A stretch of 64,000 nucleotides of DNA from contig OX597828.1 in assembly GCA_951406725.2 (NCBI GenBank), positions 78,058,001 to 78,122,000 of the forward strand. The letters run 5' to 3'. The notes under the pieces were generated by a model that worked only from the letters and a program-made list of their open reading frames with translations, had not been told where the DNA came from and ran no database searches. This DNA is from Octopus vulgaris. Lineage: Eukaryota. Shown piece by piece: positions 26,493 through 40,063 of the stretch. Each line of letters opens with the position of its first letter. Position 1 is the stretch's first letter. The translations under genes were made by a program, and so were the position numbers.

Positions 26493-27113
26493 TTGACCTT
26501 TTAGCATTCAGATTATTCTGTCAGTTGTAATGTTTATTTACTCTTTACTCTTACTCTTTTACTTGTTTCAGTCATTTGACTGTTGCCATGCTGGAGCACT
26601 GCTTTTAGTCAAGCAAATCGATCCCAGGACTTATTCTTTGTAAACCTAGTACTTATTCTATCGGTCTCTTTTGCTGAACCGCTAAGTTATGGGTATGTAA
26701 ACACACCAGCATCTGTTGTCAAGCGATGTTGTGGGGACAAACACAGACACAAAAACATATACACACAGATACATATATACGACGGGCTTCTTTCAGTTTC
26801 CATCTACCAAATCCACTCACAAGGCTTTGGCTGGCCCAAGGCTATAGTAGAAGACACTTGCCCAAGGTGCCATGCAGTGGGACTGAACCCGGAACCATGT
26901 GGTTTGTAAGCAAGCTACTTACCACACAGCTGCTCCTATTTATTCACATTGTTTTCAATTTATCCTGCTTTCTTGAGATTTTGATGATGTAATTGTTTAT
27001 GTTCAAAATGACATTGTAGGGTAAGTGTGAGATATCAGAGCTGGCCAGTTTGAACTTAAAACAGGAAGAATATTATTTGTTGGATATGGCCAGTTTAAAT
27101 GCTAAAAGGTTAA
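26493..27113. mobile_element. piggyBac-like MITE interrupted by a full SINE-A (26541-26936, minus strand)
   Basis: Ends ttga-ccttttagcatt ... aatgctaaaagg-ttaa; SINE flanked by tatttaYtc duplication. Confidence 0.7.
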
Positions 27114-27179
27114 TGATTGAAGCTAAGAAGCATGTAATCAGAGGCTGTTTAAGGAAGTCAGAAAATTTTATGCAGCCAT

Positions 27180-27414
27180 ACTCTTTACTCTTTTACTTGT
27201 TTTTACTCTTTTACTTGTTTCAGTTATTTGACTGTGGCCATGCTGGAGCACCGTCTTTAGTCGAGCAGATTGATCCCAGGACTTATTTTTTGCGAGCGTA
27301 GTACTTATTCTATTGGTCTCTTTTGCCGAACTGCTAAGTTATGAGGATGTAAACACACCAGCATCAGTTGGCAAGCGATGTTGGGGGGGGGGGGGGACAA
27401 ACACAGACACACAA

Positions 27415-27450
<36 letters not shown>
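27180..27450 (-). mobile_element. SINE-A 3' half
   Basis: Homology to other SINE-A copies. Confidence 0.75.
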
Positions 27451-27454
<4 letters not shown>

Positions 27455-27699
27455 GTATATGGCCATATTTATAATAAAACATTGTCATGTTTTTCAGTTA
27501 AATTTTCAAGTACTCAACATTTGATCCTCAGAAGAGAAGAGGTTGTTACACTCGCCAAACTTGCTCCTTTTATTTGGTTTTGTTTTGACTTTTCTTCACA
27601 TAAGGTCATGGAAATTAGTTACTGACTGAAAGAGATATGATCATAAAAGCAAATAGTTGGAATGGGGTTTCTTGATATTAAGAGGCAAAGTAGTTTGTG

Positions 27700-28270
27700 T
27701 TAACCCTTTCATTATATACTCCCTTTGTTTCATTAATTTTTAAAATAATTAAGTATGAGGCACAGGAGTGGCTGTGTGGTAAGTAGCTTGCTTAACAACC
27801 ATATGGTTCTGGGTTCAGTCCCACATCATGGCACCTTGGGCAAGTGTCTTCTACTATAGCCTCGAGGCCGACCAAAGCCTTGTGAGTGGATTTTGTAGAT
27901 GGAAACTGAAAGAAGACTGTCGTATATACGTTTATATATATGTATGTGTGTGTGTGTGTATATATGTTTGTGGGTCAGTTCAGCAAAAGAGGCTGATAGA
28001 ATTAAGTACTAGGCTTACAAAGAAGTAAGTCCTGGGGTCGATTTGCTAGACTAAAGGTGGTGCTCCAGCATGGCTGCAGTCAAATGACTGAAGCAAGTAA
28101 AAGAGTTAAAGAGAATATTTAATAAATTTATTTTGTCATTATTAAGCTGGTGCTTGAAACTTAAATTAGCAAGAAATTTTGATGATAGATTTTAATTTAG
28201 ATTACTTTAAAACAGAGTGTTTGTGTCCTAGAATCAGTGGGAGTGGTCTCATGTGGGTTGGTCATAAACG
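27700..28270. mobile_element. TTAA-type MITE containing a SINE-A (27758-28115, +)
   Basis: ttaaccctttc start; inverse-orientation homologue of 28418-29060. Confidence 0.55.
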
Positions 28271-28417
28271 GGAGTTATTGTTTAACCCTAACTAAACCCT
28301 GACTGAGTAGTATTTTGAGCAAATATTCTTTCTATGACCATCTCATCGTATAAAGAATATGTGAGACTACATTAGTTAATATCTTTTGCTTTCCATATTT
28401 AAGATGGCTGTGTGTGA

Positions 28418-29060
28418 TTAACCCTTTTGATATCAACCTGTATAAAGCTGCACCTGGTTCTGTGATACAAATTTCTGGTTTTGAAGCGATCGAAGTCAAA
28501 ATCTTATGCTAAAATTTCAGATTAATTTATGTTCCAAACACCAGTTTTATAACAACAGTTATTTGAATAAATTTTACATTAAAAAAAAAAAAAATATTTG
28601 AAACAGTGTGGCTGTGTGGTAAGGAGCATACTTCTCAACCACATGGTTCTGGGTTCAGTCCCACTGCATGGCGCTTTGGGCAAGTGTCTTCTACTGTAGC
28701 CTCGGGCTGACCAAAACCTTGTGGGTGGATTTGGTAGACAGAAACTGAAAAAAGACCGATGTTCTATATATATACACACACACACACACATACACACATC
28801 TATGTGTGTGTCTTTCTGCCTCCAACCCCATCATTACTTGACAAGTGGTGTTGGTGTGTTTATGTCCCTGTAACTTAGCGGTTCAGCAAAAGAGACCGAT
28901 AGAAAAAGTACTAGGCTCTAAAAAAAAAATCAAGTCCTGGGGTCGATTTGCTTGATGAAAGCCCTTCAAGGTGGTGCTCCAGCATGGCTGCAAATCAAAT
29001 GACAGAAGCAAGTAAAAGAATAAGACTACTTCAACATAAATATGATAATGAGAGGGTTAA
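28418..29060. mobile_element. TTAA-type MITE containing a SINE-A (28604-29025, +)
   Basis: ttaaccctt ... gagggttaa ends; the host repeat resumes after the TTAA. Confidence 0.65.
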
Positions 29061-29954
29061 GGGAGATTTGACTACTTTTTCCATCAGGTTCACTGACTCC
29101 ATAGAGGCTCCGTTGTCATGTATTTAGATAAAGCCCTAAATGTCAGATATTTGTAGTGTTAAGCACTGTTGCTTTTCTTTTTCTGTCTTTCACTCCCTGT
29201 TTATTGTACATCTTCATTTGTGAAGTTTGTTGCAGAAGATTCCTGCCTAAGTATTTCCTTTCGTGTATTTCCCCAAAATTTCGAAGGAAGACAAACTCCT
29301 GTTGTTCTCTTTACTCAGTCTTGTAACACTGCCACAAATATAACTGTCCTGACTTGAACTTTTTCACTGTCTCCGCTTTCAGACTTAAGCTTTTGTAATA
29401 GGACCCTTTGTAGCCGCTTGGCCTGTTAGATGTAACAGATCAGTAGGTCTGCTCAATAAAGACTGACCCAGGGTTAAACAACAGCTATTGTAACTGTAAA
29501 CAACTATATATACACACACACACACACATACACAGGTGTCAGTGTGGCTGTGTGGTTAGAAGCTTGCTTCCCAACCACATGGTTCTGGGTTCAGTCCTGC
29601 TGTGTTGCACCTTGGGCAAGTGTCTTCTACTGTAGCCTCGGGCCGACCAAAGCCTTGTGAGTGAATTTGGTAGATGGAAACTGAAAGAAGCCATTGTGTT
29701 AACTGTCCTGTACTCCATTTTTTGTTGTTTTTAAAAAAATGTCCTGTTCCTTTGGTTTGTGTCTATGTTTTCATTTCTCTATGCGTTCGACGTCCCTTTG
29801 GTGTCCTGTACTCATATATGCGTGTATATGTACATGTAGAGGTAGGTACGTACATATATGTTTATATATATGCATATGTTTTATTTCTTTTATTAATATA
29901 TATATATATATATACGAAAGAAGGTTTGAAAATGCAATTTTAAAATATGTTTAT

Positions 29955-29999
29955 TTACTTTACCGGTTTCACTCTTTGGAAAAAGATTGTCAAAAGTAA
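29955..29999 (-). ncRNA. Minimal hammerhead motif, U3:A8 variant (left arm)
   Basis: Mirror of 30254-30298. Confidence 0.55.
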
Positions 30000-30253
30000 C
30001 ATGTAAAAGTTTGGTTGCGTTAATTATTGGTTGTTACAAAATGCTACATTACATATATACAGTCTTTGGTAAGAAGGACATGGACATAAAAAAAAGTTTA
30101 CATTCTTTGGTGACTAGAGCATGTTAAGAACATAAAAGAACACCAAAGAATGTAAACTTTTTGTTATGTCCATGTCCTTCTTACCAAAGACTGTATATAT
30201 GTAATGTAGCATTTTGTAACAACCAATAATTAACGCAACCAAACTTCCACATG

Positions 30254-30298
30254 TTACTTTTGACAATCTTTTTCCAAAGAGTGAAACCGGTAAAGTAA
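30254..30298 (+). ncRNA. Minimal hammerhead motif, U3:A8 variant (right arm)
   Basis: ttactt TTGACAA tcttt-ttcc-aaaga gt GAAA ccgg TA aagtaa; 6-bp stem I, palindromic ACCGGT stem III. Confidence 0.55.
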
Positions 30299-30379
30299 AT
30301 AAACATCTTTTAAAATTGCATTTCCAAACCTTCTTTCGTATATAATTCCACTTGTGTGGTACCCTACAACTCCACTTTG

Positions 30380-30434
<55 letters not shown>

Positions 30435-30697
30435 CATATTTATTTGTGTGTCTGTGTTTGTCCTCCCACCATCGCTTGAAAATTGATGTTGGTGTGTTTA
30501 CGTCCCTGTAACTTAGCAGTTCGACAAAAGAGACTGATTGAATAAGTACTAGGCTTACAAAGATTGAGTCTTGGGGTTGATTTGTTCGACTAAAGGTGGT
30601 GCTCCAGCATGGCTGCAGTTAAATGACTCAAACAAGTAAATGAATAAAAGAATACACACACACACACACACATATATATGTACCACAAACTATATTT

Positions 30698-31225
30698 AAG
30701 GCGGTGTGCTGGCTCAGTGGTTAGCATGCTGAACAAAACTCTTTACACCATTTTGTCCGTCTTTGTGAGCTGAGTTCAAACTTTGCCAAGGTTGACTTGG
30801 CTTTTCATCCTTTCAGGGTCGATAAAATAAGTACCAGTTGAGTACTGGGGTTGATGTGTTCGTCTTACCCACTTCCCCAATATTTCAGGCCTTGAGCCTA
30901 TAGTAGAAAGGATTATTATTATTATTATTATTATTATTATTTGGGCACCAATGCTGGTCACTTGTGAAAGATACCCATACTGGTGACACACATATAGCAC
31001 TTGTGCTGGTGTCACATTAAAGGGCACCTGTGCCGGTGACACGTAAAAGACTTTCAGTACACTCTGTAAAGTGGTTGGCATTTGGAATGGCATCTAGCTG
31101 TAGAAACTAAGCTAAAACAGATGACCAGAGTCCAGTGCAGCTCTGTAGCTCTACCGGGCCCCAGTCAAACCATCTAATCTATATCAACATAGAAAATGGA
31201 CGTTAAATGATGATGTTGATGTTGA
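30698..31225 (+). mobile_element. Meta-domain SINE (30698-30940, (ATT)n tail) followed by an RTE 3' tail
   Basis: Homology to family B and to the RTE tails. Confidence 0.7.
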
Positions 31226-31780
31226 TAATTTTTCTGTATGACATGGCGTCCAGTCATTGCAACGAGGCCAGTACCCATGTCATACACTGCATCGTTCTCA
31301 TTATATAATCTATTAAACTTATCTACCAGCTGGTTACTTTACCCTGGTCCATTGGCCCTGGCTAACAGTTGAATTTTTTGTCAAGTTCAACACCACTACC
31401 ACCACCACCATCTCAAGTGGTGGACAGGGCAGAAATGAGGGCAAGGTAGTGGGAGGAGCCAATTGTTCACCCTCCTCCTCCTCCTCTTCACATTATCTAT
31501 ACACCCCCACACTCTTTTCTTCTCTCTCTCTCCCTCCCTCCACTGACTTTTGTCTACTAAACAACTGCTATCATTGACACTTGAAGCCTTTTATTCTTTA
31601 TGAAAGATGTTTTTCACTAAACTTGTCTTTATTTACTGAGTAGGCATTGCTTTCCGCAGCTTAGATCAGCAGTGCACATCTGTGTAGAGAGTCTGTATGT
31701 AGACACTGAGTGTGTGTGTGTGTGCGTGTGTAATCATACAACTATTCTTTCACCTCTTATTGATCTTGAAGCTGTCTATA

Positions 31781-31823
<43 letters not shown>

Positions 31824-31920
31824 ACTAGTTATGTGTATCATGTTATTGATATGTATGCGTGTGTGTGTTTGCTTGCAGACATGTGTTGTACATATGGTGT
31901 GCGTGTGTGTATATATATAT

Positions 31921-32130
31921 CTGGCAGAAACATTAGCACGGCGGGCGAAATGTGTAGCTGTATTTCGTCTGCCGTTACGTTCTGAGTTCAAATTCCGCTG
32001 AGGTCAACTTTGCCTTTCATCCTTTCGGGGTCGATAAATTAAGTACCAGTTACACACTGGGAGTTGACGTAATCCGTGTGTGTCCTTGTTTGTCCCCTCT
32101 ATGTTTAGCCCCTTGTGGGTAATAAAGAAA
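31921..32130 (+). mobile_element. Meta-domain SINE (family B)
   Basis: Homology to 19947-20175. Confidence 0.8.
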
Positions 32131-32136
32131 CAAATA

Positions 32137-32748
32137 TCTATAAATCTGAAATGCGAAAAGTTTGTTTGTCTGGTTTTGGCATTGGAACGGGTTAAAGAGC
32201 ACTAGATCCCGTCGGATTTGCTCCAAAATTCACAGGGACATGTAAAAAGAGGCGAGGATGTGAGTGGGCTAGGTTAGAAATACCTATCCCAAAAGCTGTG
32301 GTTACTAGGGCAAAAACGCACACTTTGACAAGTCTTCTCTCATTCTCTTATCTGCCTTTCTTCCTCCCTCTCTGCCCCCCTTCCTTTCACTTTCTATCTA
32401 TAACGGCGTTCAACAGCTACTACTATCTTTCCCCCCCGCTGCCTTCGCCAGCGCAGTCACTCTTTCTTTCACCGCCTCCCCCCACTCTCTTTCTCTCTAC
32501 GTCTGTCTGCATTCATAGAGAGCTTTATTATCGCCACGACCACCACACAATCATGAGAACAAATATTATGAATACAATATTTATTGGGTTAATTTATATA
32601 TGTGTGTGTGTCTCTGTATCTATAAATAAATATGTATATATAATGTATATATACAAAGTGTATATATCTGTATTTATATATATATATATATATAATTTGT
32701 ATACATTAGCATATATAATGCGTACACACACACATATATGTGTATATA

Positions 32749-32788
<40 letters not shown>

Positions 32789-34057
32789 GTGTGCATTATG
32801 TGGTCGGTTGAGCTGAAAATATGCACACCTATGTTATAAGTGGTGGCGAGTTTGCATGGCAACTATTTTTTCCTCAAATGAAAGGCATGACCTCTAGGAT
32901 AAAATTCCTCATCTTTTAAAATGTGGCCCGATTACACCCAAATGAAATCGGCTTATATTAACCAAACAAGTAAAACAATGAAAAACTATGCCATTTTAAT
33001 CCCAAGTAAGGTCAGGTATCTCTGTAGGTCTACTACATATTTGTGAAAAGGGCAGACGTTGTCTCACAAGCAGTTATACAGGCAAAAGTTTTAGTAAATA
33101 TGGTAGGATTCAGTTGAAAATTTGCACATCTATGTTACAAGTACTGGCGAGTTTGCATAACAACTTTGAGTTTGCTCAATTGAAAGGTGTGGCCTCTAGG
33201 GCAAAATTCCTCATCTTTAAAGTGTGGCCCGTGTAGACCCGAATGAAATCGAGTTATAATACCAAAACAAATAAAACAATGATAGACTATTTTAATCCCA
33301 AGCAAGACCGGGTTTCTCTACTATCTATATATATAAAAGAGACTTCGGGTCAAAATTGTGTGCACATTTTGCTACGTCAGAGGTTGGCAGCCACACCAGT
33401 GGTCAGATCGAGCTGAAAATTGACACAGGCATAGAAGGCATGATGAGGCAGAGAGTTGAGTAGGTTTAAACTCGCCATCTGGAAAGATGTGGTTGCTATG
33501 GTGAGAAGATTCAAAGGGGCTCTAAGCCCCTCCAGATTGGCGCGATTGGCATCTAATCCTATCTATAAAATGAAGAAGGCAAACGTAGACACAAATTGGA
33601 TTTTTATGTAAAAAGGGATCTAAATGGGGCCGGAAGTGGATTAAAATTTACAGGAGGGGTAACTTGAGGGGAGGAATTGATTGGGAGACGTTTTGTGGCG
33701 CTACAGTGGTTGCTTTGGTGTGAAAACTGGGATTTTATTGATTTTGGGGGACACTTGGTGGTCTAGATCGGACACCTTTTGCCCGATTTCAATCAAATTT
33801 TCAACATGGTAAAGTGGAAGCGGATTTGTAATTTAAACATGGAAATCTAATTTTTTTTTATAAATGGCAGAGAGATAGAGAAAGGTAAAGAGTAAGAGAA
33901 AGTGAGGGCAAGTCTGAGAGAAAGGAAGAGTATGAGAGTGGGAAAATGAGAAAGGATAGAGAAACAAAGAGGGAGAATGTGGCGATAAGAAACAGAAAGG
34001 AAACAACAGTAACAACCACACCCTCACCTGCACGTAGAGCGGGTCACCTTAAGCTAG
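32137..34057 (+). mobile_element. Head-to-tail cluster of non-autonomous Helitron-like elements
   Basis: 5' TCTA starts at 32137, about 33029 and 33324; 3' hairpin acctgc...gcgggt then CTAG at 34054-34057 followed by T; 32800-33028 and 33100-33323 are diverged duplicates with degenerate 3' ends. Confidence 0.6.
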
Positions 34058-34355
34058 TATATATATATATTGAAAATGAGTTAATATTCTGAAGCACTGA
34101 CTCAAGTTTATTGTGTAGATCAGGTTGACTGGGACTGCAGGATATCTGTATTTAAATGTATGTATATATGTGTGTGTGTGTGTATGTGTAGATATATATA
34201 TATATATATATATAAAAAAGGAAATGAAGAAAATGCTGACAAAATAATTTAAGTAATTTAAGTAATTTAATTAGGTAAAAGTTCTTTTTACCGGTTGCGC
34301 ATTTGTTATGCTTATCAAAAGATTAGAGTTCCTTTCTGATAGATTTTTTCCTCTT

Positions 34356-34386
<31 letters not shown>

Positions 34387-34830
34387 CATACACACATGCT
34401 CACAAATATATGTATATATTTATATATATGTGTGTGTGTGTGTGTATATACATACATGCACATAAATATGTGTATATATTTATATATCTGTGTGTATATT
34501 TTTGTGTATTATCTCCATTGACATTGGTTCAGTCAAAGTGCCCGCCTCTCAGTTGTAGTACTCAATACAGGATTCAAGTGTAAAGTTACATATCACTTTA
34601 TATTCAGAAATTGGCACAGTGACCACTTCAAGCCAATATAACGAGGTGAGGCTGAAATGACCATTGTCCTGATTTGATGAAAAAAAAAGAAAGAGATGGG
34701 TGTGTATATATGCATATGTGCACGCATAAATGTACACACACACACACACAAATTTATGCCATATGTGTATGTATACACAGTCACACAAATGCACGTGCAT
34801 GTGTGTATATAAATACCTTTCTATTTCTAT

Positions 34831-37800
34831 CTATACCCATCCATTTATCCATCTACCCATCCATTTATCCATCTACCCATCCATTTATCCATCCATTTAT
34901 CCATCTACCCATCCATTTATCCATCTACCCATCCATTTACCCATCTACCCATCCATTTATCCATCTACCCATCCATTTATCCATCCATTTATCCATCTAC
35001 CCATCCATTTATCCATCTACCCATCCATTTATCCATCTACCCATCCATTTATCCATCTACCCATCCATTTATCCATCTACCCATCCATTTATCCTTCTAC
35101 CCATCCATTTATCCATCTACCCATCCATTTACCCATCTACCCATCCATTTATCCATCTACCCATCCATTTATCCATCTACCCATCCATTTATCCATCTAC
35201 CCATCCATTTATCCATCTACCCATCCATTTATCCATCTACCCATCCATTTATCCATCTACCCATTCATTTATCCTTCTACCCATCCATTTATCCATCTAC
35301 CCATCCATTTATCCATCTACCCATCCATTTATCCATCTACCCATCCATTTATCCATCTACCCATTCATTTATCCATCTACCCATCCATTTATCCTTCTAC
35401 CCATCCATTTATCCTTCTACCCATCCATTTATCCATCTACCCATCCATTTATCCATCTACCCATCCATTTATCCATCCATTTATCCATCTACCCATCCAT
35501 TTATCCATCTACCCATCCATTTATCCATCTAACCATCCATTTATCCATCTACCCATCCATTTATCCATCTACCCATCCATTTATCCATCTACCCATCCAT
35601 TTATCCATCCATTTATCCATCTACCCATCCATTTATCCATCCATTTATCCATCTACCCATCCATTTATCCATCTACCCATCCATTTATCCATCTACCCAT
35701 CCATTTATCCATCTACCCATCCATTTATCCATCTACCCATCCATTTATCCATCTACCCATCCATTTATCCATCTACCCATCCATTTATCCTTCTACCCAT
35801 CCATTTATCCATCTACCCATCCATTTATCCATCTACCCATTCATTTATCCATCTACCCATCCATTTATCCATCCATTTATCCATCTACCCATCCATTTAT
35901 CCATCCATTTATCCATCTACCCATCCATTTATCCATCTACCCATCCATTTATCCATCCATTTATCCATCTACCCATCCATTTATCCATCTACCCATCCAT
36001 TTATCCATCTACCCATCCATTTATCCATCTACCCATCCATTTATCCATCTACCCATCCATTTATCCATCTACCCATCCATTTATCCATCTACCCATCCAT
36101 TTATCCATCTACCCATCCATTTATCCATCTACCCATCCATTTATCCATCTACCCATCCATTTATCCATCTACCCATCCATTTATCCATCTACCCATCCAT
36201 TTATCCATCTACCCATCCATTTATCCATCTACCCATCCATTTATCCATCTACCCATCCATTTATCCATCTACCCATCCATTTATCCATCTACCCATCCAT
36301 TTATCCATCTACCCATCCATTTATCCATCTACCCATTCATTTATCCATCTACCCATCCATTTATCCATCTACCCATCCATTTATCCATCTACCCATCCAT
36401 TTATCCATCTACCCATCCATTTATCCATCCATTTATCCATCTACCCATCCATTTATCCATCTACCCATCCATTTATCCATCTAACCATCCATTTATCCAT
36501 CTACCCATCCATTTATCCTTCTACCCATCCATTTATCCATCTACCCATCCATTTATCCATCCATTTATCCATCTACCCATCCATTTATCCATCCATTTAT
36601 CCATCTACCCATCCATTTATCCATCTACCCATCCATTTATCCATCCATTTATCCATCCATTTATCCATCTACCCATCCATTTATCCATCTACCCATCCAT
36701 TTATCCATCTACCCATCCATTTATCCATCTACCCATCCATTTATCCATCTACCCATCCATTTATCCATCTACCCATCCATTTATCCATCTACCCATCCAT
36801 TTATCCATCCATTTATCCATCTACCCATCCATTTATCCATCTACCCATCCATTTATCCATCTACCCATCCATTTATCCATCTACCCATCCATTTATCCAT
36901 CTACCCATCCATTTATCCATCTACCCATCCATTTATCCATCTACCCATCCATTTATCCATCTACCCATCCATTTATCCATCTACCCATCCATTTTTCCCA
37001 TCCATTTATCCATCTACCCATCCATTTATCCATCTACCCATCCATTTATCCATCTACCCATCCATTTATCCATCTACCCATCCATTTATCCTTCTACCCA
37101 TCCATTTATCCTTCTACCCATCCATTTATCCATCTACCCATCCATTTATCCATCTACCCATCCATTTATCCTTCTACCCATCCATTTATCCTTCTACCCA
37201 TCCATTTATCCATCTACCCATCCATTTATCCATCCATTTATCCATCTACCCATCCATTTATCCATCTACCCATCCATCTACCCATCCATCTACCTTTCTA
37301 TTTATCCATCTACCCATCCATTTATCCATCTACCCATCCATCTATCCATCTACCCATCCTTTCATCCATCCATTTATCCATCCATTTATCCATCTATCCA
37401 TCCATTTATCCATCTACCCATCCATCTATCCATCCATTTATCCATCTACCTTTCTATTTATCCATCTACCCATCCATTTATCCATCTATCCATCCATTTA
37501 TCCATCTACCCATCCATTTATCCATCTACCTTTCTATTTATCCATCTACCCATCCATTTATCCATCTACCCATCCATTTATCCATCTACCCATCCATTTA
37601 TCCATCTACCCATCCATTTATCCATCTACCCATCCATTTATCCATCTACCCATCCATTTATCCATCTACCCATCCATTTGTCCATCTACCCATCCATTTA
37701 TCCATCTACCCATCCATTTGTCCATCTACCCATCCATTTGTCCATCTACCCATCCATTTGTCCATCTACCCATCCATTTGTCCATCTACCCATCCATTTG

Positions 37801-39912
37801 TCCATCTACCCATCCATTTATCCATCTACCCATCCATTTGTCCATCTACCCATCCATTTGTCCATCTACCCATCCATTTATCCATCTACCCATCCATTTA
37901 TCCATCTACCCATCCATTTATCCATCTACCCATCCATTTATCCATCTACCCATCCATTTATCCATCTACCCATCCATTTGTCCATCTACCCATCCATTTA
38001 TCCTTCTACCCATCCATTTATCCATCTACCCATCCATTTGTCCATCTACCCATCCATTTATCCATCTACCCATCCATTTGTCCATCTACCCATCCATTTA
38101 TCCATCTACCCATCCATTTATCCATCTACCCATCCATTTATCCTTCTACCCATCCATTTATCCATCTACCCATCCATTTATCCATCTACCCATCCATTTA
38201 TCCATCTACCCATCCATTTATCCATCTACCCATCCATTTGTCCATCTACCCATCCATTTATCCTTCTACCCATCCATTTATCCATCTACCCATCCATTTA
38301 TCCATCTACCCATCCATTTATCCATCTACCCATCCATTTATCCATCTACCCATCCATTTATCCATCTACCTTTCTATTTATCCATCTACCCATCCATTTA
38401 TCCATCTACCCATCCATTTATCCATCTACCCATCCATTTATCCATCTACCCATCCATTTATCCATCTACCCATCCATTTATTCATCTACCCATCCATTTA
38501 TCCATCTACCCATCCATTTATCCATCTACCCATCCATCTACCCATCCATTTATCCTTCTACCCATCCATTTATCCATCCATTTATCCTTCTACCCATCCA
38601 TTTATCCATCTACCCATCCATTTGTCCATCTACCCATCCATCTACCCATCCATTTATCCATCTACCCATCCATTTATCCATCCATTTATCCTTCTACCCA
38701 TCCATTTATCCATCTACCCATCCATTTATCCATCTACCCATCCATCTATCCATCCATTTACCCATCCATTTATCCATCTACCCATCCATTTGTCCATCTA
38801 CCCATCCATTTGTCCATCTACCCATCCATTTATCCATCTACCCATCCATTTATCCTTCTACCCATCCATTTATCCTACCCATCCATTTATTCATCTACCC
38901 ATCCATTTATCCATCTACCCATCCATTTATCCATCCATTTATCCTTCTACCCATCCATTTATCCATCTACCCATCCATCTATCCATCTACCCATCCATTT
39001 ATCCATCTACCCATCCATTTATCCATCTACCCATCCATTTATCCATCTACCTATCCATTTATCCATCTACCCATCCATTTATCCATCTACCCATCCATCT
39101 ACCCATCCATTTATCCATCTACCAATCCATTTATCCATCTACCCTTCTATTTATCCATCTACCCTTCTATTTATCCATCTACCCATCCATTTATCCATCT
39201 ACCCATCCATTTATCCATCCATTTATCCTTCTACCCATCCATTTATCCATCTACCCATCCATTTATCCATCTACCCATCCATCTATCCATCCATTTATCC
39301 ATCTACCCATCCATTTATCCATCTACCCATCCATTTATCCATCTACCCATCCATTTATCCATCTACCCATCCATTTATCCATCCATTTATCCTTCTACCC
39401 ATCCATTTATCCATCTACCCATCCATCTATCCATCTACCCATCCATTTATCCATCTACCCATCCATTTATCCATCTACCCATCCATTTATCCATCTACCT
39501 ATCCATTTATCCATCTACCCATCCATTTATCCATCTACCCATCCATCTACCCATCCATTTATCCATCTACCAATCCATTTATCCATCTACCCTTCTATTT
39601 ATCCATCTACCCTTCTATTTATCCATCTACCCATCCATTTATCCATCTACCCATCCATTTATCCATCCATTTATCCATCTACCCATCCATTTATCCATCT
39701 ACCCATCCATTTATCCATCTACCCATCCATCTATCCATCCATTTATCCATCTACCCATCCATTTATCCATCTACCCATCCATTTATCCATCTACCCATCC
39801 ATTTATCCATCTACCCTTCTATTTATCCAACTACCCATCCATTTATCTATCTACCCATCCATTTATCCATCTACCCATCCATTTATCCATCTACCCATCC
39901 TTTTATCCATCT
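34831..39912. repeat. 5.1-kb satellite of the 20-bp unit CCATCCATTTATCCATCTAC (about 250 copies, with 12-bp and point variants)
   Basis: Directly visible; almost no G on the + strand. Confidence 0.98.
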
Positions 39913-40023
39913 GCATTCAAATTATCAATATATGTATTTATTTACCTAAAGAGAAAAAATGTCTTTTGTGAACATACGTAATTACGTACTGATACATTCA
40001 TCATAATCGATATATATCCATAC

Positions 40024-40063
40024 ATCTTCTTATTTATCTTTTCTTTTCTTCCTTTAGGTAAGT
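40024..40063 (+). promoter_or_regulatory. Candidate recursive splice site (polypyrimidine tract, AG, then GTAAGT)
   Basis: tcttttcttttcttcctttAG GTAAGT; no other AG in the preceding ~100 nt. Confidence 0.4.

Larger units (their letters stand above)
29909..30344. repeat. Near-perfect palindrome (arms about 204 bp, 28-bp spacer) with a hammerhead-like motif on each arm
   Basis: 29909-30112 is the reverse complement of 30141-30344 with few mismatches. Confidence 0.95.
29533..30654 (+). mobile_element. SINE-A split in two (head 29533-29693, tail 30445-30654) by insertions in its internal microsatellite
   Basis: Head and tail are collinear with intact SINE-A copies. Confidence 0.65.

Noticed and set aside
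34674-39981. ORFs of 584-1765 aa ([12 protein letters not shown] repeats)
   Set aside because: Stop-free frames are an artefact of a G-less 20-bp satellite; all three frames are open and there is no domain signal
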